64,000 bases of DNA, from NCBI RefSeq assembly GCF_006345805.1, contig NC_043006.1:82026001-82090000 (forward strand), written 5' to 3'. Position 1 is the stretch's first letter. Each line of letters begins with the position of its first letter. The translations under genes were made by a program, and so were the position numbers. Origin of the DNA: Octopus sinensis (lineage: Eukaryota). Shown piece by piece: positions 10,591 to 22,276 of this stretch. Below the pieces are notes generated by a model, which was not told the DNA's origin, made no database searches, and saw nothing but the letters and a program-made list of their open reading frames with translations.

Positions 10591-12556
10591 ACTTTTCTAT
10601 TTCTGGTTTCAATCATTTAACAGCAACCATGCTGGAGCACTACCTTCTGAGGTTGTTGTTTCTTTTTAAAAAAAAACATATATATCAATGCCAGTACTTC
10701 AGTCAAGTACTTATTTCACTGACTCTATAAATTTTCTTCTGATGTAAAGGGATGGTTCATACCAGTATACTCACACTGACACTTATATATCATCATAGTC
10801 ATCACTGTCATCATCACCATCATCATTTTTTATGTCTTGCATGCTTATGTATGGAGCAGACAAGACATTGTTAGGGTTGTAAACGATGTGATGGTCATGG
10901 TTGGAATACCTTTGAGCATAGGTCTGCTCAGGTTATATTAAGCTGGGGCTAAACAACAGCAAAAAACTTTCAGGCTGATCCACTCACAAGTATGCGATCC
11001 CTTTTTTTGCGCATCAAGAATGCATTCTTATATGGAGTAACAACATATGCAAGATTTTTCAAGCTGAGTAGACAAAGTAAGTTATGGCATCTCAGTCATT
11101 CTCATTGACATTAACAGCATACATGAAATGTCTAAATAACAGATAGGAACTTAAACCTGTTTGCTGAGGAAGCTTGTCAAGAATCCATTTCTGCTTGACT
11201 GCACATGTTCAAGTAGAAATTATTAAAGCTTACATAACAACAACACCAACAACAGCAACAGTCAACAGAAGTATTCTAGAATTTTCCTTGGTTTGTCTCT
11301 GTTTTTTTGGGGGGTTTTTTTGTATTCAGATGTAATGTAAACTTTACTTGTTATTTCTTAGTGAAACATAATTGTTAACAATTTTCTAGTCAGCAAATTC
11401 TGAATGCAAATTAGTTTTTAAATCCATTTTTTCTTCATAGTCCTCAGATATGCAACGACAAGAGGCAACCAAACTGCAACCATTGGATCTAAAGAGTCTG
11501 CTAGTGTTGCATGACAAAGAAACTTTTTAATGGTTTTTCCAGAGTTTGATATTTTTATTTACATTGTCTTCATAAAAACTTGTATAATGTTACTTTCTGT
11601 ATTAGTTTCTGATTACTGGTCTGTCAGTTTGTTTGGTTAACAACTGGAATCCTTGGAAACCATAATGGTCTGTGTCAGCAACAATTGTAATAAAATCAGA
11701 GAGAATGTCTTGGTGTCAATAAATCTGGTTGCTATGAGAAATGAAACGGTTTCAGACATCTTGGACATAGGTTCTTCAATAGAACAGCCCGCCTATTATT
11801 TGATTGAAAAAGTAACGCCTTAAGTATGTGGATCTTCTCTGCCAAGTTAATATATATATCATGATATATCATAAATATCTCATTAAGGGATAATAAAATC
11901 TAATGAATTTGCTGGTTTATTACCTATTATTTATTTTGAATATTATATTTAATATTCAAAAATAAAGTAATTAGATAAACTGGGGTTTATATTTATTTAA
12001 GAAAAATAAGAAAATAGAGTTACAAAGATGTACTTGCATAGCAAGTGACCTGATCTGAGATTGTGTGCTGGAATGAAAACAATTGCAGCATGGGAGGTGT
12101 TGATAAGCCATTTAAGAAACACACATTTGTGTGTTTCTTAAATGGCTTATATATATATGTATATATGTATATGTTTGTGCGTCTGCGTCTGTCCCCCACC
12201 ATTGCTTGACAACTGATATTAGTGTGTTTATGTCCCCATAACTTAGTGGCTCGGCAAAAGAGTCCAATAGAATAATTACTAGGCTTACAAAGAATAAGTC
12301 CTGAGGTTAATTTGTTTGACTAAAGGCAGTGCTCCAGCATAGCCACAGTCAAATGAACTTCATTAGCTTATGGCTGTTTCCACTGAAAAAGCAGTGCCTT
12401 AAGTATACAGATCTTCTCTGCCAAGTTATCGACCAGAAAGCTCATAATTTTTGTATGTTATATCATGAATATGAGATAAGTGGCCTTCTTCATGCTGGAA
12501 AAGCTACTGGGTGGGAAAAGGCAAGGACACGTGATGAGAAGCAAAAGAATCTACAC

Positions 12557-12661
12557 TCCTTCGAAGATGGTCTGTAACAGCTCCATCTTCCAGTTGGGCA
12601 GGGCAGGATCAAAGAATATGCCAGTAGTGGCTGGAAGCATGTTGACATCAATGTCAGGTTT
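12557..12661 (-). CDS. Weak candidate internal exon (KPDIDVNMLPATTGIFFDPALPNWKMELLQTIFEG)
   Basis: Strong acceptor (cttcatttttcctgatcttatag), open frame and raised GC. The donor (GGA|gtgtag) is poor and no homologue is recognised. Confidence 0.2.
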
Positions 12662-12837
12662 CTATAAGATCAGGAAAAATGAAGTTAGCAAATACAAACA
12701 AGCACAAAACGCTTAAATGTCAATGGTTGTTCAATCTAAGTGCATGGGTTACAATGAATGCGAAATGATGAAACAGCAATAATAGTACACAGACTGCCAC
12801 AGTCTCATATTCATGATATAACATACTCTCACTCTCT

Positions 12838-12870
<33 letters not shown>

Positions 12871-13077
12871 GGACGAATGGACAGATTGTCTCTCGTTTCC
12901 TCTCTTTTCAACTAGCTTCTGTGTCATAGTATAAAACTTTTAACAGTTTGCTGAAGTTAAAAATATACTTTTAATTTTTGTGTTTTTTTTAAACTGCAAA
13001 GGCAACACAATAAAATCACTTCAGGTCTCACATTTTCTTTGTGAATATGCAACAAAGAAAACAAAGGTAAATCTTAC

Positions 13078-13143
13078 TTTCCGTATTTTTTCCTCATTAC
13101 CAGTTCTACAATTAATACAATTGTCTGCTTTCCAAAATGGAAA
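13078..13143 (-). CDS. Weak candidate 66-nt exon (FPFWKADNCINCRTGNEEKIRK)
   Basis: tgtgtag acceptor and AAA|gtaaga donor. Phase-compatible with 12557-12661. No homologue recognised. Confidence 0.2.
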
Positions 13144-14469
13144 CTACACAATTTATTATTCTAATAAAGATATAAATAAACAAATAAACGATTAAATAAA
13201 AAAAATTGAGTATATACATATATGTGTGTATGTGTTTGTATATGTGTACACAGAAGATCAATCGATATCTGAAAAGGGGAAGATAGAGGTGGTTATTGCT
13301 GTTGTCATCATTGTTATTGCTGGTATAATATCTTAATGGAAAGACATTCAGAACATTATCAAATAGTGAACAGTGGGAGACAGAAAATATAGGCAGGGAA
13401 AATATATATACATTGATTGTAAACTGCGCATTCAAGAGATGGTATGCCATTTTTGAGATCTATTTCAAAACGTAATTTATCCTGAGCAAGAATGACAAAA
13501 AACAAGACCAAAAGAAAGTGGTGCTAAGGATTGCAATGGGTGAAATACTGAAGTAGAGCTGCTATGAATCATCTTGACCATTTTTTTCCCAACTGTTTCT
13601 GCATTCACCATTCCTATGGAAGCCATACATTTCTCTCCACTGACTTATAAGCATAATAGTTTCTATGAGTGGTGGAACACTAGATTTACTTGGACCCAGT
13701 TTATAAATGAAACTCATCTTATTGCTCACTATGGAAACAAAAGATATATAAATTAACTGGATAAGCAGCCATCAGTAAGGTTTCATCTCAGAAAGGAAAG
13801 AAAGGTGAGATGAAATACAGTATAAGAAATTCAGTTTCATCCTCTACAATTCCTAAACAAAACAAAAAAAGAAAAAGAAAAACAAGAAAAAGAGAAAAGA
13901 AAATTGAATCTCAGTTTTTCCCTAATTAATCTATATGTGCAAAACCGTTTGTATGGTATATAAAACCAACCAAACTACATGAAAATTACTAGAGAGGTAC
14001 GCCCTAACATAATTTAATATGGCAAACACAATAACCTTAATTGACCAAGACCATATTTATATTGAGCAGAGATAAATATTATTGAACAGTGCTTTGTATT
14101 GAATTCTTTTGTCCCCGTTCTCTGTTCCTAGCAAGCTGATGAGGGGACTTCCGTGCAGTGATTCAGCTTAGTAAATATAGCAACCAAATCTTACTGAAAT
14201 CACACTTTACAGCCTTTGCAAGAAAAACAAAAGGGTATAACTTTGAATAGCCTAGTCTGAAATATATGACAATAATATTATGACTGAAAAAGAAAAAGAT
14301 AAGAAACAGTCATGGAATGTTTGACTGATGATAGATGTTTCTCTAGCAGAGCTGATCTGAAGCTAAGCAACACCAACAACATGAGAGAAATTTATTCAAA
14401 TGTCTTCGTCAAAGTAATTATGACTGGACACAGCAGTAGTTTTCAAATGTTTTATACATTTTTATCTAT

Positions 14470-14652
14470 GTATAAAGCACTCAGTACACTCTGCAAAGTG
14501 TTCGGTGTTAGGAAGAGCATCCAGCCGTAGACACCATGCCAAAACAGACAATCAGAGCCTGGTGCAGCTCTCTGACTTGCCAGCCCCTGTCAAACTGTCT
14601 AATCCATGCCAGCATGGAAAACAGACTGCAAATGATGATGATGATGATGATG
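14470..14652 (+). mobile_element. Family C (RTE 3' end) copy
   Basis: gtgttaggaagagcatccagccgtag…ccatgccagcatggaaaac…(gat)n. Confidence 0.75.
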
Positions 14653-14825
14653 CTGATTCAAGGCACACTTTAAAGGAAATAAAGGTTAATATATAGCTTA
14701 AAACTTGGTCACCAAAAAAAAAATGTCTAATAGGTGTAAAAAATGTATAAAAAATGAATACAAAGACAAAAATTTGCACAAACGAATGGGGGGGGGAGAC
14801 TTGTGGATAATTCACGCGATCTGAT

Positions 14826-15110
14826 TTTTCCCACATAACTTTCAGGAAAATGGGTAAATATTACTGAAATTTTATAGAAATACTTTTCAAATGGCATAGA
14901 TTATGATTATAAAGAAATTTATGGGGAAAATGCTTTCTGAAGGAGTGGTGAGAGGACTTGCGGAAAATTCACACAATCCAATTTTTTCCCTCACAACTTT
15001 CTGGAAAATGGGTATCTTTTAATGAAAATTAATACAAAACCTTTCAGATGGCATAGATTATGATTATAAAGAAATTTGTGGGGAAATTTTCTTTTCCAAA
15101 GGGATGGGAG
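14826..15110. repeat. 157-bp tandem repeat, about 1.8 units
   Basis: atggcatagattatgattataaagaaattt occurs at 14891 and 15048. Confidence 0.8.
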
Positions 15111-15221
15111 AGGAGTTTCAAATCAAGAAAACCACATATATTGGAACTTCTCCATTTTGGCGGGGATTTTTCCAATTGTTTTTCACCACAGCCTTCAAAA
15201 TGATGGGGAACATCATTTTAT

Positions 15222-15710
15222 GATGTGGTGTGTAGCTTAGTGGTTAGGATGTTGGAAGGCGGTGAGCTGGCAGAAACGTTAGCACGCCGAGCGAAATGCA
15301 TAGCCGTATTTCGTCTGCCATTATGTTCTGAGTTCAAATTCTGCCGAGGTCGACTTTGCCTTTCATCCTTTTGGGGGTCGATAAACTAAATACCAGTTAC
15401 GCACTGGGGTCGATGTAATCAACTTAATCTGTTTGTCTGTCCTTGTTCGTCCCCGCTGTGTTTAGCCCCTTGTGGGTAGTAAAGAAATAGGTTAGGATGT
15501 TGGAATCATGGCCATAAGATTGTGATTTCAATTTCTGGACCAGACAAGTGTTGTGTTCTTGAGGAAAACACTTCATTTCACATTACTTTAGTCCACTCAG
15601 CTGGCAAAAATGAGTAATCTTGCAATGGACTGGTATCCCATCCAGGGAGGGAATCCATAGGCCATGGAAACTGGGAAACCATCTCAGTCTGTATGACTCG
15701 GGAAGGATCT
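15222..15710 (+). mobile_element. SINE family D (tRNA-like head; ccagtccactcagctggcaaaaatgagt core) interrupted by family B
   Basis: Homologous to 25193-25428 (minus) and 18651-18970. Confidence 0.7.
15258..15489 (+). mobile_element. SINE family B, full length, 16-bp TSD
   Basis: ggttaggatgttggaa at 15242-15257 and 15490-15505. Head ggcggtgagctggcagaa…gagttcaaattc resembles tRNA A/B boxes. Confidence 0.9.
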
Positions 15711-15934
15711 TTACTACTCTCAGGTCCACTCTAGCCCACTGTAGTAGCAACAATCTGATTACCATTTTTTTAATGTAGGCATGACTTTGCAGTTGAGAAT
15801 TTTGCTCCCAAATAAGTTCCACATTCTTCTGCCAACCCAAAACTCATGAATAAAATCAGGTAGAAACTATGTGAAAGCTTATCAGCTGGATAGAATCTAT
15901 AATACCATTGTGGTTAACATTCTTTTTAAAATAC

Positions 15935-16166
15935 CTATTTCTTTACTACCCACAAGGGGCTAAACACAGAGAGGACAAACAAGGACAGACAAATAGATTA
16001 AGTCGATTATATCAACCCCAGTGCATAACTGGTACTTATTTTATCGACCCCGAAAGGATGAAAGGCAAAGTCGACCTCAGCGGAATTTGAACTCAGAATG
16101 TAACGGCAGATGAAATACGGCTACGTATTTCGCCCGGTGTGCTAACGTTTCTGCCAGCTCACCACC
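15935..16166 (-). mobile_element. SINE family B, full length, about 14-bp TSD
   Basis: ttctttt(t)aaaatac flanks both ends. Confidence 0.88.
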
Positions 16167-16849
16167 TTTTCTTTTAAAATACCACCACTTAATGAGTGCA
16201 AGAAGAAACATGGGCAAGAAGGACATAGCAGAGGGCTGACAGACATTGAAGAGGAATATTAAATTGTATGAATCTACTCAGCCCTGAGGACACCTGTAAT
16301 GGCCATGGGTACAACACAACCTCTATCTCTAAACCAATCCCATTGAGAAATGTAAAATAGTGGGGTAGTAAAGATTAGATATGGTTGTTAGTGAAAGGCT
16401 TGTTGGGGAAGAGAAAATATGGAAAACAAGAGGAGAGAGATGACTGAATCCACTCAGCCTGGGTGAAAGTGGTACAAGATCAGCCAATTCATTGTACATA
16501 AGGAAATATAAGCCACTTCTGTAAATAGTGTCAGATCTCTGGTACTGACAAAATGATTTGTTGATTTTAAGTTCTGAGTTTAGTTCTCCAGCAGGAAAAG
16601 AAAAAAAAATGAAACTGCCAGAGCTGAGTAACCTATTTATTGGATAATATATTTCTTATTCACTTAATTATTATAACCATGGAAACGAAGAGTGAAGTAA
16701 CAATCCTATGGCACCTTGTGGCTTTGTACTTATTGCTGTACTTTTACCAAAGGGAGGAAAAGAAAACATACACACACACAGCAAGATTTTTCACAGAGAG
16801 CACAAAGGGTGAAATTAAATACTCAAAGCTAGCCTGCTGACTTAGTTAT

Positions 16850-16896
<47 letters not shown>

Positions 16897-16897
<1 letters not shown>

Positions 16898-17129
16898 GTT
16901 TCAAATTTTGGCACAAGGCCAGCAGTTTTTTGGGGAAGGGGTGAGTTGATTAAATTGATCCCAGTGCTCAAATGGTACTTATATTATTGACCCCAAAAGG
17001 ATGAAAAGCAAAGCTGATCCCACGGGCATATGGTGTAGTGGTTAAGAACATGGGCATATGACATAGTGGTTAAGAGTGCGGGCTACTAACCCAAAGATTT
17101 TGAGTTCGATTCCAAGCAGTGACCTGAAC

Positions 17130-17199
<70 letters not shown>

Positions 17200-17431
17200 G
17201 TTTCAAATTTTGGCACAAGGCCAGCAGTTTTTTGGGGAAGGGGTGAGTTGATTAAATTGATCCCAGTGCTCAAATGGTACTTATATTATTGACCCCAAAA
17301 GGATGAAAAGCAAAGCTGATCCCACGGGCATATGGTGTAGTGGTTAAGAACATGGGCATATGACATAGTGGTTAAGAGTGCGGGCTACTAACCCAAAGAT
17401 TTTGAGTTCGATTCCAAGCAGTGACCTGAAC
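16897..17431. repeat. Exact 302-bp-period tandem duplication bounded by (AAT)n
   Basis: 16897-17129 and 17199-17431 read identically by eye (233 bp). Each holds a B2 fragment and a tRNA-like head. Confidence 0.92.
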
Positions 17432-17486
<55 letters not shown>

Positions 17487-17630
17487 TAAAAAAATACCTA
17501 AGGAATGAGAACTCAGGTTCGAAATTTCCCCAAGACACCTGAAGAAGGCTGGAGGGTATATCAGCGGAAACGTTGTGTTAACAACAAACAAAATGAGGAC
17601 AAATATCCATCGAATGTAAATAATGTAAAT
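17326..17630 (+). mobile_element. tRNA-headed short repeat with (AAT)n linker, hammerhead-like motif and (AATGTAAAT)n tail
   Basis: A-box-like tagtggttaag, B-box gagttcgattcc (17404-17415), hammerhead-like motif at 17534-17579, tail at 17613-17630. The 3' part is homologous to 22178-22335. Confidence 0.7.
17534..17579 (+). ncRNA. Minimal type-I hammerhead ribozyme-like motif (family H1, copy 1)
   Basis: gacac-CTGAAGA-a-ggctg-(gagggtatat)-cagcg-GAAAC-GTT-gtgtt. Stem I has 5 pairs. The stem II closing pair is mismatched in this copy. Confidence 0.65.
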
Positions 17631-18650
17631 AAGAGACACAGAACACCCACATACACACACACACACATTGGGATTTTTACAGTTTCTGTCCACCAAATTT
17701 GTCTCATAAATTTCAACCAAATTTCTGTGGTGATAGGAAACAACTCCAGCCAACAGTGTCCACACAAAGAAACAAACCCTAAACTACACGGTCCCTTAGT
17801 GAACTTCTAAGGCCAGTAATTTTGGGGGAGGGGGTAAATCAATTACATTGACCCTGATGATCATCTGGTACTTATTTTATTGACTCTGAAAGGACGAAAG
17901 GTATAGTGAACCTTGGTGGAATTTGAACTCAGAACTACCACCACAAACACCACTACCATATACATTATTTTTAATGTATACTATTAGACAAAATAGCTGC
18001 TAAGCATTTTGCCCAGCATGCTAATGATTCTGCCAGCTTGCCACCCTCAGAGGTGTAAATTTTAACCACTATATGTCAGTGAAAGGCATGTGGCCTGATG
18101 GTTAGGATGTTGTTCTCATGATTACAAGATCATGGTTTCGATTCTTGGACTAGGCAGTGAATTGTTTTTCTTGAGCAAAATGATTTGTTTTGTAAACAAT
18201 GTAAATAATGTGCATAAATCCTCATCTCTTAGATATAGAACTGTTCAGCATCTCTTGTTTTGACACGAGTGTGCCAATCTTGAATGGAATTCAATGTCAG
18301 ACAAAGACAGTGACATTTGTTTACAATTTAGCCATAGAAGCTTGTCTGGTCACTTGGCTGTTTGCTGTTCAAAGGATAAAGCAAAATGGAGCAAGGTGGT
18401 GCCAGGAAGAGCATCCGGATATGACACATGCAAACACAGAATAATGGACATTAAAAACAATGAACATGGTGGTGGTGGTATCATGACAGTTGTGATGGTA
18501 ATGATGGTGGTGGTGATGATTGTGGTGGTGATGCTACTGTTGTTGGTGGTGGAGATTATGATGATGATGGTAGTGATGATGAGTCGTGATTGTGATGATG
18601 ACAATGAAGTCGGTTTGGTGCAATATACAGGGCTTAAATTTCTAGCATGA

Positions 18651-18970
18651 AGATGCGTAGCTAAGTGGTTAAGGTATTCGACTCACAATCGTAAGGTTAT
18701 GAGTTCAATTTCAAGCAACACATTGTATCCTTGAGCATGACATTTTATTTCACATAGCTCCAGTCCACTCAGGTAGCAAAAATGTATTGTATCTGTATTT
18801 CAGAGAGCTAACTTTGTCACACTCTATGGCATGCTGAATCTCCTGGAGAACTACGCTAAGGGTACACATGTCTGTGGAGTGCTCAGCCACTTAAACGTTG
18901 ATTTCATGAGCAGGCTGTTCCATTGATCAGATCAACAGGAACCCTCGTAGTCGTAACCAATGAAGTACCA
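18651..18970 (+). mobile_element. SINE family D variant
   Basis: Colinear with 27830-28155. tRNA-like head gtagctaagtggttaag…gagttcaatt. Confidence 0.7.
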
Positions 18971-19059
18971 TATTTCTAGCTTGTTGAGCAACTCTCCAAG
19001 TACCTCCTTCATTACTTCACATCAAAAACGAAAAACAAAAAACAACCATACTCATTTGC

Positions 19060-19432
19060 TTGTTTCATTCATTCGACTGAGGCCATGCTGGAGCACCGCC
19101 TTTAGTCGAGCAAATCAACCCAGAACCCACTCCCTGTAAGCCCAGCACTTATTCCATCGATCTCTGTTGCCGAACTGCTTGGTGATGAGGACGCAAACCA
19201 CACCAGCCTCGGTCGGCAAGCGATGTTGGTGGGGACAAACACATACACACAAATATATACACACACATACATATATATATGCATATACGAGGGGCTTCTT
19301 CCAGTTTCCATCAACCAAATCCACTCACAAGGCTTTGGTCGGCCTGAGGCTATGGTAGAAGACACTAGCCCAAGGTGCCACGCAGTGGGACTGAACCGGG
19401 ACCATGTGGCTGGTAAGCAAGCTACTTACCAG
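19060..19432 (-). mobile_element. SINE family A
   Basis: Reverse complement of the family consensus. Confidence 0.8.
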
Positions 19433-20018
19433 CTTACTATCTTTAAGGAAAGTGCTCCAGAATGAACACAACCAACTGGCCAAAACCATATACTACTTGC
19501 CATCTTTAAGAAAGGTGCTCCGACATGAATACAATCAACTGGCCAAAACCAATAACAGAATGAAAAGAGTAATGAGAAACAATCTGAAGACATCGGGGAG
19601 TATATATAATCAGAGACAGATCACTTAGTACTAAGTAGGTCATTATTATAGCTGTTTGTTCTGTCGAAATCATAATGACAAGCAAATATCTTCATAATGC
19701 CCCTGCCTCCGCCCCCGCCCCCCGAATCAAGAGCAAGTGTACGTCCCACAAACATATTACCAGGACTCTTATCTCTTCTCCATTCTTCTCAAACTAAACG
19801 GCGAGATTATTGTGCAGTGATTGATTTTTTTGTGATGATTCACAAGATAATGTGCCATGTCATAAGTATGAAAGCAATAGCACTGATTATATCTAACATA
19901 TGCACACATCATATACATATACACATATATACATACATATACATCTTTTTTGCATCTATATGTATATATATATATATATTATATATGCATAAACAAGCAA
20001 AACACATAATATATATAT

Positions 20019-20248
20019 ATTTCTTTACTACCCACAAGGGGCTAAACATAGAGGGGACAAACAAGGACAGACAAAGGGATTAAATCGATTACATCGACCC
20101 CAGTGCGAAACTGGTACTTAATTTATCGACCCCGAAAGGATGAAAGGCAAAGTCGACCTCGGTGGAACTTGAACTCAGAATGTAACGACAGACGAAATAC
20201 GGCTACACATTTCGCCCGGCGTGCTAACGATTCTGCCAGCTCGATGCC
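20019..20248 (-). mobile_element. SINE family B, full length
   Basis: Near-identical to the reverse complement of 15258-15489. Confidence 0.88.
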
Positions 20249-20285
20249 TTGTATATATTTATATATATATATATATATATATATA

Positions 20286-20666
20286 CTAGCAGTATCGCCC
20301 GGCGTTGCTCAGGTTTGTAAGGGAAATAACTATAAAGCATTTTTAGAGAGTTATAGCCAAAAAATAGCAAAAAAATGGAAAAAAATGATGGTAAATTTTT
20401 TTTGAGTTAAAAAAGGTGGAGTTGCGTCCCCTAGACGGTCTGTGGTTTGGGTTTCTGATTCTCGACCCCATGTCGAATTTATCGATTTTTTTCAGAACTG
20501 GGGGAACTTTTCAAAATTTTCGCTGCGTTAGTTTTGAATTATGACATTGGGCTATGTGTGTGTCAAGTTTCATCAGAATCGGTTGAAAGCCGTGGTCAGG
20601 GTGAGGGTACGAGAAAACAGACACACAGAAAACGCACAGACAAACTGCCGTTTATATAGAGAGAGA
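20286..20666 (-). mobile_element. Non-autonomous Helitron, complete (381 bp)
   Basis: Minus strand starts 5'-TC and ends cctg-agcaacgc-cggg hairpin, 8 nt, CTAG-3'. Inserted between A and T with no TSD. These are the canonical Helitron termini. Confidence 0.85.
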
Positions 20667-21249
20667 TATATATATTTATATATAGATGAATTTACATATA
20701 CTTAGATGTACACAAATATATAATACATCTATATATATACTTATAAATGTATGTATGTATGCATGCATATATGCATTATATATATGGACATACAGGCGCA
20801 AAACTAAAACTGTAAGAGAATGCAATAAAAATCAAATACATAACAGAAGAAAAATAAATAAATATGGAAATGAATAAATAAAAATATTTTTAAAAAGGGC
20901 CTGAATTATCAATAGATTTTGTGAAATAGTAAATGCAAAATGTATTACTAAAAAATAATAAAGAAATAAAGAGTAGGAAATGTAAAACATAAGTAAATGT
21001 GTGAATGAATGCATTTATGTATGTATGTATGTATGTATGTATGTATGTGTGTGTGTGTGTGTGTGCGTGCGAAGGTGTTTGGCTGGAAGCGTCAATAAAT
21101 GAGCAAAAATAACGACAAATTATTTTTTTTACAAAAATGTGAATAAATTCAAACAAAAAGAAAACTAGATTTAAAAAGCTAAAGAATAACAGGTCAGGAG
21201 GAAATATGTTAAAAAATGTCACAAAATATGCAAAAAAAAAAGGAGAGAA

Positions 21250-21325
21250 AGAAGAAGAAGAAGAGAAGAAGAAGAAGAAGAAGAAGAAGAAGAAGAAGAA
21301 GAAGAAGAAGAAGAAGAAGAAGAAG
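21250..21325. repeat. (GAA)n microsatellite
   Basis: Direct reading. Confidence 0.95.
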
Positions 21326-22108
21326 ACAGTGATAAAGGCGAAGAAGGGGCAAAAGAAGAATCTATTTAGTAAAATAGTGATATAATATCAATCAGAGAGA
21401 GAGAGAGAGAGAAAGAGAGAGAACTGGAACAGATCTTTTCACAATAATAAACTACAGCACAAATACTTTGAAAGTTTTCTTTCCATAATTTCATTGCAAC
21501 CTTTTATAAATTTTCAGGGGTGGGGAAGGTAAATTTCACCCCCTCTGTCCCCAACTCTTTCCCTTTTTAATCCAGCTTATTTCCCCCATTACTCTACATT
21601 TAAAGACAACAGTTATGCACAGACTTATGGACAAGAAACTAGGAGCAGATTCTTTCTAAAGAAAATTGCAAAGTATTTTCATTGGCATTCATGTGTAAAT
21701 GCACATGGTTTTCCAAAGAATATGTATGTGTGTGTGTATACGAGAACAAAGTGTACGTACGTCGCTATATATATAAAATAAAATACAAAATGGGACAAGA
21801 ACGCAAAACATCCGGACAACTAGGTAATACAAAAGGGGACAACAAGACATCCAGATAGACGATACAAAAAAAACATGGATGGGTCATTTGAAGCCTTTTA
21901 TCTTCAGTCAAGAACCGGATCATCCTCGCAATTTCAACTGATTAATCTTGAGATTGCTCCAATCTGGCCAGCCCCAAGGAAAAAACTAAACTAAGAGTAT
22001 TAGATTCCTTGGAAAAAAGCAACAAACGTATGCGAAACAAAAACAGAAAAACAGACGATGTTACACAAATATAAATACAAAAATACAATAAAAAACAATA
22101 ATAACAAC

Positions 22109-22143
<35 letters not shown>

Positions 22144-22232
22144 TAATAATAATAAGGCAGAGGTAATAATAATAACATCAACAAAAATACTTTAGGAATG
22201 AGAACCCAGGTTTGGGTTCAAAATTCCATCAG

Positions 22233-22276
22233 GACACCTGATGAAGGCTGAAGAGTAATCAGCTGAAACACTGTGG
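22233..22276 (+). ncRNA. Hammerhead-like motif (family H1, copy 2), degenerate at the cleavage site
   Basis: gacac-CTGATGA-a-ggctg-(aagagtaat)-cagct-GAAAC-act-gtgg. Same flanks and (AATGTAAAT)n tail as the 17.5-kb copy. Confidence 0.55.

Noticed and set aside
17024-17129. tRNA gene
   Set aside because: It has A/B boxes and an anticodon-like arm but no acceptor stem and a duplicated A box. Treated as a SINE head.
16854-17482. CRISPR-like repeat-spacer array
   Set aside because: Eukaryotic context, identical 'spacers' and microsatellite 'repeats'. It is a tandem duplication.
21880-21920. CTGAAGA on the minus strand, a possible sixth hammerhead
   Set aside because: No GAAA after a paired stem II in this copy, so the fold cannot be completed.
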